In this document: piece after piece, positions 1-9,428 of the stretch
Numbering within the stretch: the stretch's first letter is position 1
Layout of the letters: the number at the start of each line of letters is the position of its first letter
Assembly (NCBI GenBank): GCA_934728355.1
Contig: CAKVEA010000001.1
Location: 412-64,411 of the forward strand
Origin: an uncultured Eubacteriales bacterium
GTDB taxonomy: Bacteria; Bacillota; Clostridia; Oscillospirales; Acutalibacteraceae
Reading direction: 5' to 3'
Length of the DNA: 64,000 bases
The notes under the pieces: generated by a model
What the model was told of the DNA's origin: nothing
Seen by the model: the letters and a program-made list of their open reading frames with translations, nothing else
The model's database searches: none
Made by a program: the position numbers and the translations under genes

Positions 1-28
1 TAACCTTAGCAGCATTTTAACCGATGAA

Positions 29-2386
29 ATGATTTCTAAACTTGGTTTAGAAAAAATGCAATATTACATTGAAAGAATATATGAAGAACGTAAAAAATGC
101 AATGACGATACTAAAATAACAATTGATAATAATATTAGAGAAATAAATGAAATAATAGACCAAAATACAACAGTTGCAGTATCTGAGTTTATAGGGTCAT
201 TATTAACTAACAGTAAATTTATTCATGTTATTGATAAAATAAAACAAATTGATAAAAAATTTGTAGAAAAATACTATACAGATCTAGAAGACCTTAAAAA
301 TGCTATAATCTATATTAAAAAGATTGACGATAATAATGAAAAATTAAAACTACTCACAGAAGAAGAAAAACAAGAAATAAACAAGTGGGGAAAATGCAAT
401 TATAGCTCAGATAAAGTCAAAGAATTTATAAAGGAGATTAATAAAATGTTTAATAATAATACATCTAGAGATAACATAGTGGATAACTTCAATAAAATTT
501 ATAATGAATGGAAAGAATATTGCGAGGAAAACCAAAGCATAATAGAAAAACTTGAACAAAGCTATAAAAATGATAAAGATAACATTGACAAACTATGTAG
601 TCTTTATGAAAAGGGTATTCAATACGAAGACCGTGAATTGGTAAATGGAAAAAGTATGGAATACCTCATTAAATCTATAAATCGTTTTAAATCAAAAATT
701 CAAGACATAAACCCTTCAGTAAATGAAAAAAAACAAAACAGCCGTGAAGATGAAACTTATTGGAATAATTTATATTACGACTCCAGTAGTTCCACTAAAT
801 ATCTTGAAGAGAGTAATAATGTGCTTGCGGAAGGTTTGAAATCAGTTTCTAATGAGTACAGAAATATTATTAAAAAATACGATACTGCACACAATAAATT
901 TATTTTTGGTAGAAATAAGCCTACTGAACATTTTATTAAAAAGAAACTTAAAGAACTGAAAGAATTGTCAAATATGGCATACAAGGCCAATTTGTCTAAA
1001 AATCCATCAACGGTAGAGAAACTACCAGAGAAAACTACAAATGCAATTTTAGATACAGATGCATGCTTAGAATCTCTTGATTTCATGAACTACGGTCTTA
1101 GATTTCTTTCTGAAATAATTTCATGCTCTTTTATGAGTAGATTAAATGAAGAAACATATGAAAAAATTTATAATGACTTTTTAGAAAAATTAAAAGCTAA
1201 TGCTCAATCTCGCAATCTCAGTTCTATTGACGAGGAAGATTTCGCATCACAAATGTTCTTGGAACTTTACTATAAAATTTTAAAATCAACTAACTATAAA
1301 AGTTTATTGAGAAATAGAACAGAATTACAAGAACTTGAAAGAATAAGAGCAGCAGATGCCACAAAAGAAAAACATAGTCAAAAAGAATACGAAGAAGAAG
1401 ATGATGATGATGAAGAGTTTAAAGAAATTGAAAACAACTTTACTTCTGAAACCGAAACAATTGAATCCGAAGAAGATGATGATGAAGAGTTTAAAGAGTC
1501 TGAAAATGAACATACTTCAAATGGAAAAGAGGTATTAGCAAAAAGAGAAGAATTACTCGCAAAAACAGTCAATGAAAAGAATCTTATAGCAAAAAAAATG
1601 TCTAAAAGCCAAAAACTAAAGGATATACATTCACTTTACAAAAAGCTTTTAGAGGGCTATCGCTCTTCTAAAAAAACATCAACTATAAGATTTAACATTG
1701 ACAGCAAAAAAGGCATAATAGACTGTTTAAAAAGCAATGTCTTAAAAGAAAGATCGAAAGATAGTTTTTTCTCTAAATCAAATTTCTATGCTAAATTAAT
1801 AATAGCGCATTTAGAAAAAGCTTTGGCTCTTAGCAAAGAAGGAGATCAAATTTTTAAAAAGTATAGTGATAAAGATAAATTAAAGAATTTAGAGCCCAAA
1901 GTAAAAATTGCTAAAGAGGAAATGAAAATTGCAACAAGAAAAGTATACTCTATTAATAATGAAAACTATTTCAAGACTATCATTCCTAAATCGGAATCAG
2001 TATGTAAGGAATTAAAACACTATCTAAAAAAGTATGCCGCTACCGTTAAGAAATCAAAAAATAAAAATGCTCAGTTAGCTGCAAAGAAATATCTTAGTCT
2101 TTTAGACAAAGTAGTTAAATCTAATCAAAAAGCCGACTATATTAATACCAATCTCGAAAAACTTATGTTAAACTATAAAGGTAAAGATATAAAATCAGGG
2201 GTACCCATGTTTGCAGAAGAAGGCTTAAATAAAATTTTACGTGCAATCGTATCTGACACAAGCTTTTCTCTTGCAATAGGAATGCATAGTTGTATCCATT
2301 TTTACTTCAGTCAAATTGAAGAAATCAAAACCGAAGAAACAAAACTTAAAGAACTTAAACCTATAGACGATGCTATAAGTCAATAA
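29..2386 (+). CDS. Hypothetical K/E/N-rich coiled-coil protein with an internal acidic repeat. The frame is open back to base 2, so it may be 5'-truncated by the window edge.
   Basis: 785-aa ORF with no catalytic motif recognised. Heptad-like K/E/L/I composition and a duplicated EEDDDEEFKExEN block. A terminator hairpin follows at 2403-2427. Confidence 0.6.
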   Translation: MISKLGLEKMQYYIERIYEERKKCNDDTKITIDNNIREINEIIDQNTTVAVSEFIGSLLTNSKFIHVIDKIKQIDKKFVEKYYTDLEDLKNAIIYIKKIDDNNEKLKLLTEEEKQEINKWGKCNYSSDKVKEFIKEINKMFNNNTSRDNIVDNFNKIYNEWKEYCEENQSIIEKLEQSYKNDKDNIDKLCSLYEKGIQYEDRELVNGKSMEYLIKSINRFKSKIQDINPSVNEKKQNSREDETYWNNLYYDSSSSTKYLEESNNVLAEGLKSVSNEYRNIIKKYDTAHNKFIFGRNKPTEHFIKKKLKELKELSNMAYKANLSKNPSTVEKLPEKTTNAILDTDACLESLDFMNYGLRFLSEIISCSFMSRLNEETYEKIYNDFLEKLKANAQSRNLSSIDEEDFASQMFLELYYKILKSTNYKSLLRNRTELQELERIRAADATKEKHSQKEYEEEDDDDEEFKEIENNFTSETETIESEEDDDEEFKESENEHTSNGKEVLAKREELLAKTVNEKNLIAKKMSKSQKLKDIHSLYKKLLEGYRSSKKTSTIRFNIDSKKGIIDCLKSNVLKERSKDSFFSKSNFYAKLIIAHLEKALALSKEGDQIFKKYSDKDKLKNLEPKVKIAKEEMKIATRKVYSINNENYFKTIIPKSESVCKELKHYLKKYAATVKKSKNKNAQLAAKKYLSLLDKVVKSNQKADYINTNLEKLMLNYKGKDIKSGVPMFAEEGLNKILRAIVSDTSFSLAIGMHSCIHFYFSQIEEIKTEETKLKELKPIDDAISQ
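1388..1510 (+). repeat. Imperfect direct repeat encoding two acidic blocks (EEEDDDDEEFKEIEN / EEDDDEEFKESEN) inside the first CDS
   Basis: The string gatgatgatgaagagtttaaaga occurs twice about 75 nt apart. Confidence 0.8.
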
Positions 2387-2402
2387 CTATGCACAAACTA
2401 AA

Positions 2403-2427
2403 AGCTCTCTCAACTTATGAGAGAGCT
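2403..2427. terminator. Bidirectional rho-independent terminator between the convergent hypothetical CDS and spoIVA
   Basis: agctctctca-actta-tgagagagct forms a 10-bp perfect stem, followed by gattttttta on the + strand. Confidence 0.75.
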
Positions 2428-2434
2428 GATTTTT

Positions 2435-3913
2435 TTATAATATTATGCACACTAAGCCGTTACATCCTTCATTAATTACTTTTTCTATAGTTTCTTTAAT
2501 TTTGTCTCTTGCTTCCGGAGGCATTCTATAAAGTTTATTGTGAAGACCCTCATTAACCAACTCATGAAGTGATTTCCCAAAAATATTTGATTCCCAAATT
2601 TTAGAAGGATTTTCTTCAAATTCACGAAGTAAATAACTAACTAGCTCTTCCGATTGCTGTTCTGAACCAACTATAGGTGTAACCTCGGTTTCTATTGTTG
2701 TCTTCATCATATGTACTGAAGGAGCAGATGCTTTTAAACGTATACCGTACTTTCCGTTTTGTTTTATTATTTCCGGCTCGTCAAGATGAAGTTCCTGCAT
2801 TGTCGGCATAACTATTCCATAACCACTTTGATCTACTTCCTCATATGCTTCAGCAATTCTTTCGTATTTTTGTTTTGTTTTAGAAAGATCCATCATGCAC
2901 TGCATAAGCGAAGTTTCATCTTTAACGATTATTCCCGTTTTTTCGCCCAAAACTTTAAAAAACAGTGATGGATTCAAAGCAACATTAATTCTTATAATTC
3001 CCTTTCCGAGGTCAACCGAAGATACTGCTGCAGAATCTATATATTCACATTCAAGCATATTATCTACCATTTCTTGAATTTGACTTATTTTGGAAATATC
3101 TTTTGCTGTATTTTTTATACATGAATAAACCGAATTTCTAAGCCAATGATCTTTTTCAAGAGGACTAAGCCATTTTGGCATATCTATTTTAATTTCTTTA
3201 ATAGGGAACTCAAAAAGTAGCTCCGCTAAAATTCTTTTTATTTCATTTTCATCCATTTCGCTACAATTAACAGGCACTACAGGAACACCGTACTTGGTAG
3301 AAAGTTTATTTGAAAGCTCTTTTACTTGATCACTGTAAGGATAAGTACTGTTAAGTAAAATTATAAAAGGTTTATTTATTTCTTTAAGTTCATTAACAAC
3401 TCTTTCTTCAGCCTCTTCATATTCACTTCTGTCTATATCACTGATGCTTCCGTCAGTTGTGATTACAAGGCCGATTGTAGAATGATCGGTTATAACTTTT
3501 TTCGTTCCTATTTCTGCTGCCATATTAAAAGGTATTTCCTCTTCATACCACGGAGTCATGACCATTCTTGGTTGATCATCTTCTATATAGCCGAGAGCAC
3601 TTGGAACTATATACCCAACACAATCAATCATTCTAGCTTTAAAGCTTGCAGCATTATCAATATTAACTTCAACCGCATCTTCGGGAATAAATTTAGGCTC
3701 GGTAGTCATGATTGTTCTTCCTGCAGCAGATTGCGGAAGTTCGTCAATGGCTCTTTCTTTTTGAACATCATCTGAAATATTTGGAATAACCAAAGTATCC
3801 ATAAACTTTTTTATAAACGTGGATTTTCCTGTACGAACCGGTCCGACTACCCCAATGTAAATATCCCCTCCGGTTCTTTGCGAAATATCTTTATATATGT
3901 TACGTTCTTCCAC
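2435..3913 (-). CDS. spoIVA: Stage IV sporulation protein A (spore coat morphogenetic ATPase)
   Basis: 492 aa. Walker A GVVGPVRTGKSTFIKKFM. Colinear over the whole length with B. subtilis SpoIVA as I recall it, including DELPQSAAGRTIMTTEPKF and the C-terminal NEGCNGLVCIIL. Confidence 0.95.
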   Translation of the reverse strand: MEERNIYKDISQRTGGDIYIGVVGPVRTGKSTFIKKFMDTLVIPNISDDVQKERAIDELPQSAAGRTIMTTEPKFIPEDAVEVNIDNAASFKARMIDCVGYIVPSALGYIEDDQPRMVMTPWYEEEIPFNMAAEIGTKKVITDHSTIGLVITTDGSISDIDRSEYEEAEERVVNELKEINKPFIILLNSTYPYSDQVKELSNKLSTKYGVPVVPVNCSEMDENEIKRILAELLFEFPIKEIKIDMPKWLSPLEKDHWLRNSVYSCIKNTAKDISKISQIQEMVDNMLECEYIDSAAVSSVDLGKGIIRINVALNPSLFFKVLGEKTGIIVKDETSLMQCMMDLSKTKQKYERIAEAYEEVDQSGYGIVMPTMQELHLDEPEIIKQNGKYGIRLKASAPSVHMMKTTIETEVTPIVGSEQQSEELVSYLLREFEENPSKIWESNIFGKSLHELVNEGLHNKLYRMPPEARDKIKETIEKVINEGCNGLVCIIL

Positions 3914-3966
3914 TTTTGCTCCTCCTGAAAAATATTGTTTTTATTATAAAATCAAGACTCAAAAAT

Positions 3967-5502
3967 TTATTTCATAGGAATTAAAAGCATGCAATCGCTT
4001 TTTATTTTGTCTTCTGAAAGATCATTTTCTTCTTTAACCATACTTGCCGATGTATGATAATTTCTTGCAATATCCCAAATATTTTCATCTTTTGAAGCAT
4101 AATAAACAGTCAAACATGCACTGTCTTTTTCTATAGCTTTGGATTCATCCGCAGTAACATCTTTAACCATATTGCATTTTTGGCATGAATATACTTCACC
4201 AGAAAACTCAAATTCAAAATTCATTTCAATACTGTTTGAACTCGAAATGCTACAGTTAACCGCCAAAGGAATTATTTCGCTTTCACATTCCAAACAGCCT
4301 GAAAAATTTTCATATGATTTAGAATGATTAAATTCAAAAATTCTTTCTATAAATATAGGGATGCCTTCATTGTCAAGAGCTAAAACACCTATAGTGACTT
4401 TAAATTTAAAAACAAGCTTTCCATTTTCTTCGGTAGTATTTACATTGCAGTTGTCGCTCCAAGAATCTATAATTTTCGAAATATTCATATCCGATAAATT
4501 TATATTATCTTTATGATTCAAATTTTCTTTGAAAATATCTATAAGATAATTTAATTTCAAAGGATGCTTGGAAACTTCAAGATTGTAATCTGTTGAATAA
4601 ACATCTGAAACTACAGAAATATCTTTGTCGCTATAAGCCATTACCATTGCGGATATCTTTATTTCGCTTGATATATATCCCGGATTATCATCATTTTCGG
4701 TACAAACTTGTTCATCATGACTAAGAACCGCTCCGTCAATTATACATCTTGATTCTTCGGTGATTCCAGGGACGTCTATTATTTGGCTTATAGGTATAGA
4801 GCAATTTAAAGCTTCTGTTTCACCCGAAGATATATTGCTTATATAGAGAATTTTTAGTATGGCTTCACCTTTGATAACTGTTTTTCCTGCCATATTTTTG
4901 TAGTCTTTTAAAACTAAATAAACATCTGAATTTATTATTGATTCAGCAGGTTTTCCTTCTTCTGTTTCTATTATTTCACTAATTGAAAATTGCTGCTGAC
5001 CTATTCCTGCAAGACTATTTAATTTCATATCCGATATTTTTTGTTGAATATCATTTCCGTTTACATTTGAAGAAATTTCTAGATTTTCTTTTTTATAGAT
5101 TTTTGCACAAATTGAAATTGCCCCGTGAATGTCAAGCTTTCTGGGACTTACAGCTCTACAGTTAACATAATCGACTTTTAAAGCGGTGACTGCAAATGCA
5201 TTTTCCGGGGTTGATCTTATATCTATTGAACAAGAAAAAGGAATAGCATTTTCACAACACCTTGTCTTTTTATTTTCCGAATCAACATATATAACTCTTA
5301 TTTTAGAAACTCCTTCAATATTTAAGCGATCACCGGAAATATTTTTAGAAGTTATGTTTGGGCAAACACGGCATTTTAAAATTCTTTGTATATCAGGGCA
5401 ATAATCAGGAAGGGAAAAATCTAAATCTACAGGGATTTCCTTATTTCCTTCAAACACCAATCCTCTAACCGACAACGCATTTTTACTGACGTCATAATTC
5501 AT
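3967..5502 (-). CDS. SipL/SpoVID-like spore morphogenetic protein (SPOCS/DUF3794 repeats plus C-terminal LysM)
   Basis: 511 aa. DUF3794-type signature (LPDYCPDIQRILKCRV...VIYVD) and a C-terminal LysM-like segment (LTVYYASKDENIWDIARNY...LLIP). Immediately downstream of spoIVA on the same strand. Confidence 0.6.
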   Translation of the reverse strand: MNYDVSKNALSVRGLVFEGNKEIPVDLDFSLPDYCPDIQRILKCRVCPNITSKNISGDRLNIEGVSKIRVIYVDSENKKTRCCENAIPFSCSIDIRSTPENAFAVTALKVDYVNCRAVSPRKLDIHGAISICAKIYKKENLEISSNVNGNDIQQKISDMKLNSLAGIGQQQFSISEIIETEEGKPAESIINSDVYLVLKDYKNMAGKTVIKGEAILKILYISNISSGETEALNCSIPISQIIDVPGITEESRCIIDGAVLSHDEQVCTENDDNPGYISSEIKISAMVMAYSDKDISVVSDVYSTDYNLEVSKHPLKLNYLIDIFKENLNHKDNINLSDMNISKIIDSWSDNCNVNTTEENGKLVFKFKVTIGVLALDNEGIPIFIERIFEFNHSKSYENFSGCLECESEIIPLAVNCSISSSNSIEMNFEFEFSGEVYSCQKCNMVKDVTADESKAIEKDSACLTVYYASKDENIWDIARNYHTSASMVKEENDLSEDKIKSDCMLLIPMK

Positions 5503-5585
5503 TTTACAACTCTCCCCTTGGCTATTTATATAGTATTAAATTTTATTCATTCAATTCATTATTTATTACTTCACAAATTAAATTT

Positions 5586-6344
5586 TTATTTATTGACTTT
5601 TTGTTTACCGGTAGAATCCATACTGTAATTTTCTTTATAAATAATTTGAGAAATAGGAATTATTTCATACCCTTCGGATTTAATTGTATCTATAATTTTT
5701 GGCAAAGCTTCCGGAGTATTTTTAGCTCCGTTGTGCATTAAAATAATTGATCCGGGTTTTAATTTTGATTTTATTCTTTTAACCATATCATCCGGGGTAG
5801 GATCTTTCCAATCTAAACTATCTACATCCCATTGAATACAATGCATTTTAAGTTCATTTGTAGATTCAACAACACAGTTATTGTAGTCACCGTACGGCGG
5901 TCTGAAAAGAATAGGTCTCGGTGCTCCTGCGGCTTCTATTTTTTTATTGCAATCCTCAATTTGAGAAATTACTTTTTCTTTAGGAAGCTTCGGTAAATGA
6001 GGATGAGTATCCGAATGATTTCCTACATCATGACCGGCATCTGCAATAGCTTTAACTGATTCCGGATATTTTTCCGCCCAAAATCCAACCAAAAAGAATG
6101 TAGATTTTACTGCCTTCTCGGCTAAAATGTCAAGAAGTGTTTGAGTTTGCTCATTTCCCCATGCTGCATCAAAGGAAATACTTACAACTTTGTCTTCTCT
6201 GTCTACACAATAAATAGGTAGTTTTCTTTCGCTTGCTTTAAAAATCTGACCACCTGTCATTAAAGTAGTAACACCTAGAAAAGTCATTGTTAAACAACCT
6301 ACAAGAATCATTAATTTTTTTCGATTTAATATCCATACTTTCAT
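5586..6344 (-). CDS. Polysaccharide deacetylase, NodB homology domain (PdaB-like, sporulation-associated)
   Basis: 252 aa. N-terminal TM/signal segment and NodB motifs FDAAWG, HSDTHPH and FRPPYGD. Confidence 0.8.
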   Translation of the reverse strand: MKVWILNRKKLMILVGCLTMTFLGVTTLMTGGQIFKASERKLPIYCVDREDKVVSISFDAAWGNEQTQTLLDILAEKAVKSTFFLVGFWAEKYPESVKAIADAGHDVGNHSDTHPHLPKLPKEKVISQIEDCNKKIEAAGAPRPILFRPPYGDYNNCVVESTNELKMHCIQWDVDSLDWKDPTPDDMVKRIKSKLKPGSIILMHNGAKNTPEALPKIIDTIKSEGYEIIPISQIIYKENYSMDSTGKQKVNK

Positions 6345-6404
6345 ATTTTTATCCCCCTTGGTAAAAATTTATATGTAAATAAATAAAATATAGAATATGA
6401 AGAA

Positions 6405-9038
6405 TTAAAAATGTTTTTCCTTTGAATTCCAAAAATGTTTTTCTAACTCAGAAACAAGAATAGGTGATGCGGCTAAAACAAAAACTATAAGCCATTCAAA
6501 CAAATTGAGAGGTGTAGTTCTGAAAAATCCGTTTAAAGAAGGAATGGCTATTGAAGCTATTTGTAAAAAAATACAGAAGAAAATAGAATAAACCAATTTC
6601 ATATTGCTTGTAAATCCCGTAACAAAAAGCGATTTTTTACTTTGAACATTAAACGCATGCATAAGTTGACTAAGTCCTAAGGTTGCAAATGCCATAGTTC
6701 TACCCACAATAGGATCTTGTGGATTTAAATCAAAAAACACTCTTCCGACAGTATAAGAAAGGAATCCGATAGACGCTATAAAACAACCTTCAATTAAAAT
6801 GTTATACCTCATGGTACCCGAAAAAAAGTTTTCTTTACTGAAAATAGGAGGCCTTTTCATTATGTCGGGATCTATTGGGTCGACACCTAATGCAAGTGCC
6901 GGAAAAGCATCAGTTACCATGTTTATCCACAAAAGATGAACAGCAAGTAGCGGAGTAGGCACCTTTATTAAAAAAGCAATTAAAACCACCATTACTTCTC
7001 CGATGTTAGTTGAAATCAAAAAATGTATAGTCTTTTTTATATTCTCAAACATTCCTCTTCCCTGTTTAACTGCTTCAACTATTGTTGCAAAGTTATCATC
7101 TGCTATAACCATATCCGATGCGGATTTTGCGGCATCAGTGCCGAATTTTCCCATAGCACACCCTATATCTGCGGATTTGAGCGCCGGTGCATCATTCACT
7201 CCATCTCCCGTCATTGCAACAACATATCCCTTGCGTTGAAAGGCTTTAACTATTTTAACTTTATGTTCCGGAGATACTCTTGCAAAAATGCTGTAAGAAT
7301 CTATTTTTTCATAAAGTTCATCATCAGTCATTTTAGAAATTTCCGGTCCTGTTATAAACTTAGAATCATCATCAAAAAGATCGATGGATTTTCCTATTGC
7401 AATAGCGGTTTTTGCATGGTCTCCCGTAACTATAACAGGTTTTATACCTGCTTTTTTACATTCCCGTACTGCCAATTTTGCTTCAGGTCTGATAGGGTCT
7501 TCCATACCTATGACCGCACAAAAAATCAAATCGTTTTCTAAAGAAGATTCTTCTTTTTCTAAAATTTGAGTATCTTTGTATGCGATTGATATTATTCTTA
7601 ATGCTTTTGAGGACATTTCATTTGTAATTTGTTCAATTTTTTTCAGTACATCACATGTTATAGGAACCAGCTTACCATTGTCTACATACCACCTACACTT
7701 TTTAATAACAACATCTGCCGCACCTTTAGTTATGATTTTATACTTATCTTTCTTAACCTTATGTACAGTAGTCATTAATTTTCTCGAAGAGGTAAAAGGT
7801 ATTTCAAAAATTCTTTTGAATCTGCGATTTAAATCGGATTTATCAATTTTTGATTCCATAGCCGCAGAAAAAAGTGCATTTTCTGTCGGCTCGCCTTTAA
7901 CCTCCGAGCCTATCATTACAGAATTATTGCAAAGCATTCCTAGGCTTAAAATCTTTTTTGAAAAATCACTTCTTAAATTTTCTTCACCTTTAACAGAGTA
8001 AATTTCTTTGACTTTCATCTTATTCATTGTCAGTGTTCCTGTTTTATCAGAGCAAATAACCGCTGTATGCCCCAATGTTTCAACTGCAGGTAAATTTCTT
8101 ACTATAGTATTTCTGGCAGCCATTTGCCTGACTCCGCCCGCAAGGACTATAGTTACCACTGCAGGAAGTCCTTCGGGGATTGCCGCAACCGCTAAGCTTA
8201 TTGAAATCATAAACATTTCCATAAAATCAACATCTTGAATTATTCCCAAAACAAAAACTACAATACAAACGATTATTATGAATATTCCTAAAATTTTACC
8301 TGTAGCTTCAAGACGTTTGCTAAGTGGTGTTTTGAAACTTTTCTCATTGTTTATAAGACATGCAATTTTACCGACTTCTGTATTCATTCCCGTACTTGTA
8401 ACAACTGCTTTTGCATGACCTCTTGTAACTATGCTCCCAGAAAAAACCATATTTTTCATATCTGAAATGGATCCGCTTGAATTGCAAGAATGTTCATTTT
8501 TTTCTATACTGAACGATTCTCCTGTTATCGTAGACTCTTCAATAAAAAATCCGGCAGATTCTATAATTCTCGCATCTGCGCAAACAAAATCCCCCGTTTT
8601 AAGTATCAAAATGTCTCCTGGGACTAAATCTTCGGAATTTATCTTTTGACCACGAGAATTTCTAAATACCTTTGCATGCGGAGAAGAAAGCTTTTTAAGA
8701 GAGTCTATAGCTTTTTCTGCTCTGCTTTCTTGAAGTATTCCTATTACGGTGTTCAAAATAACTATAAAAAGAATAATTAAAGCATCTATATAATCATTAC
8801 TTCCCTTTATATACGAAATAACAAGTGAAACTATAGCTGCAACAAGTAAAGTCACAACCATAAAGTCCGAAAGTTGTTTTAAAAGCTTTTTCATGAATCC
8901 ATTATTTTCCTCATGTGTAAGTTCATTTTTCCCGAACTTCATTCTTCGTTTTTTTACTTCAATGTCCGAAAGACCAAAATTTGAATCAACACTAAGTTTT
9001 TTTAACACTTCACTTACAGACATCTGACTAAAATTCAT
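6405..9038 (-). CDS. Cation-transporting P-type ATPase, type IIA (Ca2+-ATPase-like)
   Basis: 877 aa. Motifs TGES, CSDKTGTLT, PEGLPAVVT and TGDGVNDAPALK, with multiple TM segments at both ends. Confidence 0.9.
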   Translation of the reverse strand: MNFSQMSVSEVLKKLSVDSNFGLSDIEVKKRRMKFGKNELTHEENNGFMKKLLKQLSDFMVVTLLVAAIVSLVISYIKGSNDYIDALIILFIVILNTVIGILQESRAEKAIDSLKKLSSPHAKVFRNSRGQKINSEDLVPGDILILKTGDFVCADARIIESAGFFIEESTITGESFSIEKNEHSCNSSGSISDMKNMVFSGSIVTRGHAKAVVTSTGMNTEVGKIACLINNEKSFKTPLSKRLEATGKILGIFIIIVCIVVFVLGIIQDVDFMEMFMISISLAVAAIPEGLPAVVTIVLAGGVRQMAARNTIVRNLPAVETLGHTAVICSDKTGTLTMNKMKVKEIYSVKGEENLRSDFSKKILSLGMLCNNSVMIGSEVKGEPTENALFSAAMESKIDKSDLNRRFKRIFEIPFTSSRKLMTTVHKVKKDKYKIITKGAADVVIKKCRWYVDNGKLVPITCDVLKKIEQITNEMSSKALRIISIAYKDTQILEKEESSLENDLIFCAVIGMEDPIRPEAKLAVRECKKAGIKPVIVTGDHAKTAIAIGKSIDLFDDDSKFITGPEISKMTDDELYEKIDSYSIFARVSPEHKVKIVKAFQRKGYVVAMTGDGVNDAPALKSADIGCAMGKFGTDAAKSASDMVIADDNFATIVEAVKQGRGMFENIKKTIHFLISTNIGEVMVVLIAFLIKVPTPLLAVHLLWINMVTDAFPALALGVDPIDPDIMKRPPIFSKENFFSGTMRYNILIEGCFIASIGFLSYTVGRVFFDLNPQDPIVGRTMAFATLGLSQLMHAFNVQSKKSLFVTGFTSNMKLVYSIFFCIFLQIASIAIPSLNGFFRTTPLNLFEWLIVFVLAASPILVSELEKHFWNSKEKHF

Positions 9039-9161
9039 ATTTTCATCTCCAACGACCTTACTTTATTTTTTACTTTTTCTTACTTAGATAAATATATAAA
9101 TTTTTAGTGGTACATATTACTCACTTTTTCAATATATCTTGAGAACATTTCATAAAAGTAT

Positions 9162-9189
9162 TTGAAAAACCGTAAAGTTATGATAGAAT
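9162..9189 (+). promoter_or_regulatory. Sigma-A type promoter for the SCIFF operon
   Basis: TTGAAA, a 16-nt spacer, then TGaTAGAAT (extended -10), about 35 nt upstream of the scfA ATG. Confidence 0.55.
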
Positions 9190-9224
9190 ATAGAGTGAAA
9201 TTTTTATGTAAATGGAGTGAAATT

Positions 9225-9365
9225 ATGAAACACATTAAAACAGTCACAACTAAGGACCTCAAAAAAACAGTTTTAACCGGTGGTTGCGGTGAATGTCAAG
9301 CTTCTTGCCAAACAGCTTCTAAGGTTGACAATACCGTTAATAACCAAAAATGTGAATGCAAATAA
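9225..9365 (+). CDS. scfA: SCIFF-family ranthipeptide precursor (six-cysteine peptide family), variant with only five Cys
   Basis: 46 aa, MKHIKTVTTKDLKKTVLTGGCGECQASCQTASKVDNTVNNQKCECK. It has the hallmark MKHIKT...GGCGECQxSCQ core. GGAG lies 8 nt upstream of the ATG at 9225. The longer TTG-initiated ORF in the track is rejected. Confidence 0.85.
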   Translation: MKHIKTVTTKDLKKTVLTGGCGECQASCQTASKVDNTVNNQKCECK

Positions 9366-9390
9366 CTAAAAAGAAAAGATAGGTGAATTT

Positions 9391-9428
9391 TCGGCTTCTT
9401 TCTTAATGATAGAAAGCCGACATTTTTT
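9391..9428 (+). terminator. Imperfect hairpin plus T-run between scfA and scfB (candidate leaky terminator/attenuator)
   Basis: tcggctt(c)tttct...agaaagccga, followed by cattttttATG. The T-run abuts the scfB start codon. Confidence 0.45.

Noticed and set aside
1325-1572. Three small ORFs overlapping the acidic repeat of the first CDS
   Set aside because: They are artefacts of the GAA/GAT-rich repeat read in other frames or on the other strand.
7003-8649. Several 60-170-aa ORFs on the + strand inside the P-type ATPase gene
   Set aside because: They lie antisense within a long, motif-rich CDS. They have no RBS and low-complexity, Cys/Phe/Ile-rich translations typical of shadow frames in AT-rich DNA.
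9162-9224. Longer 67-aa version of the SCIFF ORF starting at TTG 9162
   Set aside because: The TTG coincides with the -35 box of the likely promoter. The canonical MKHIKT start at 9225 has a GGAG SD.
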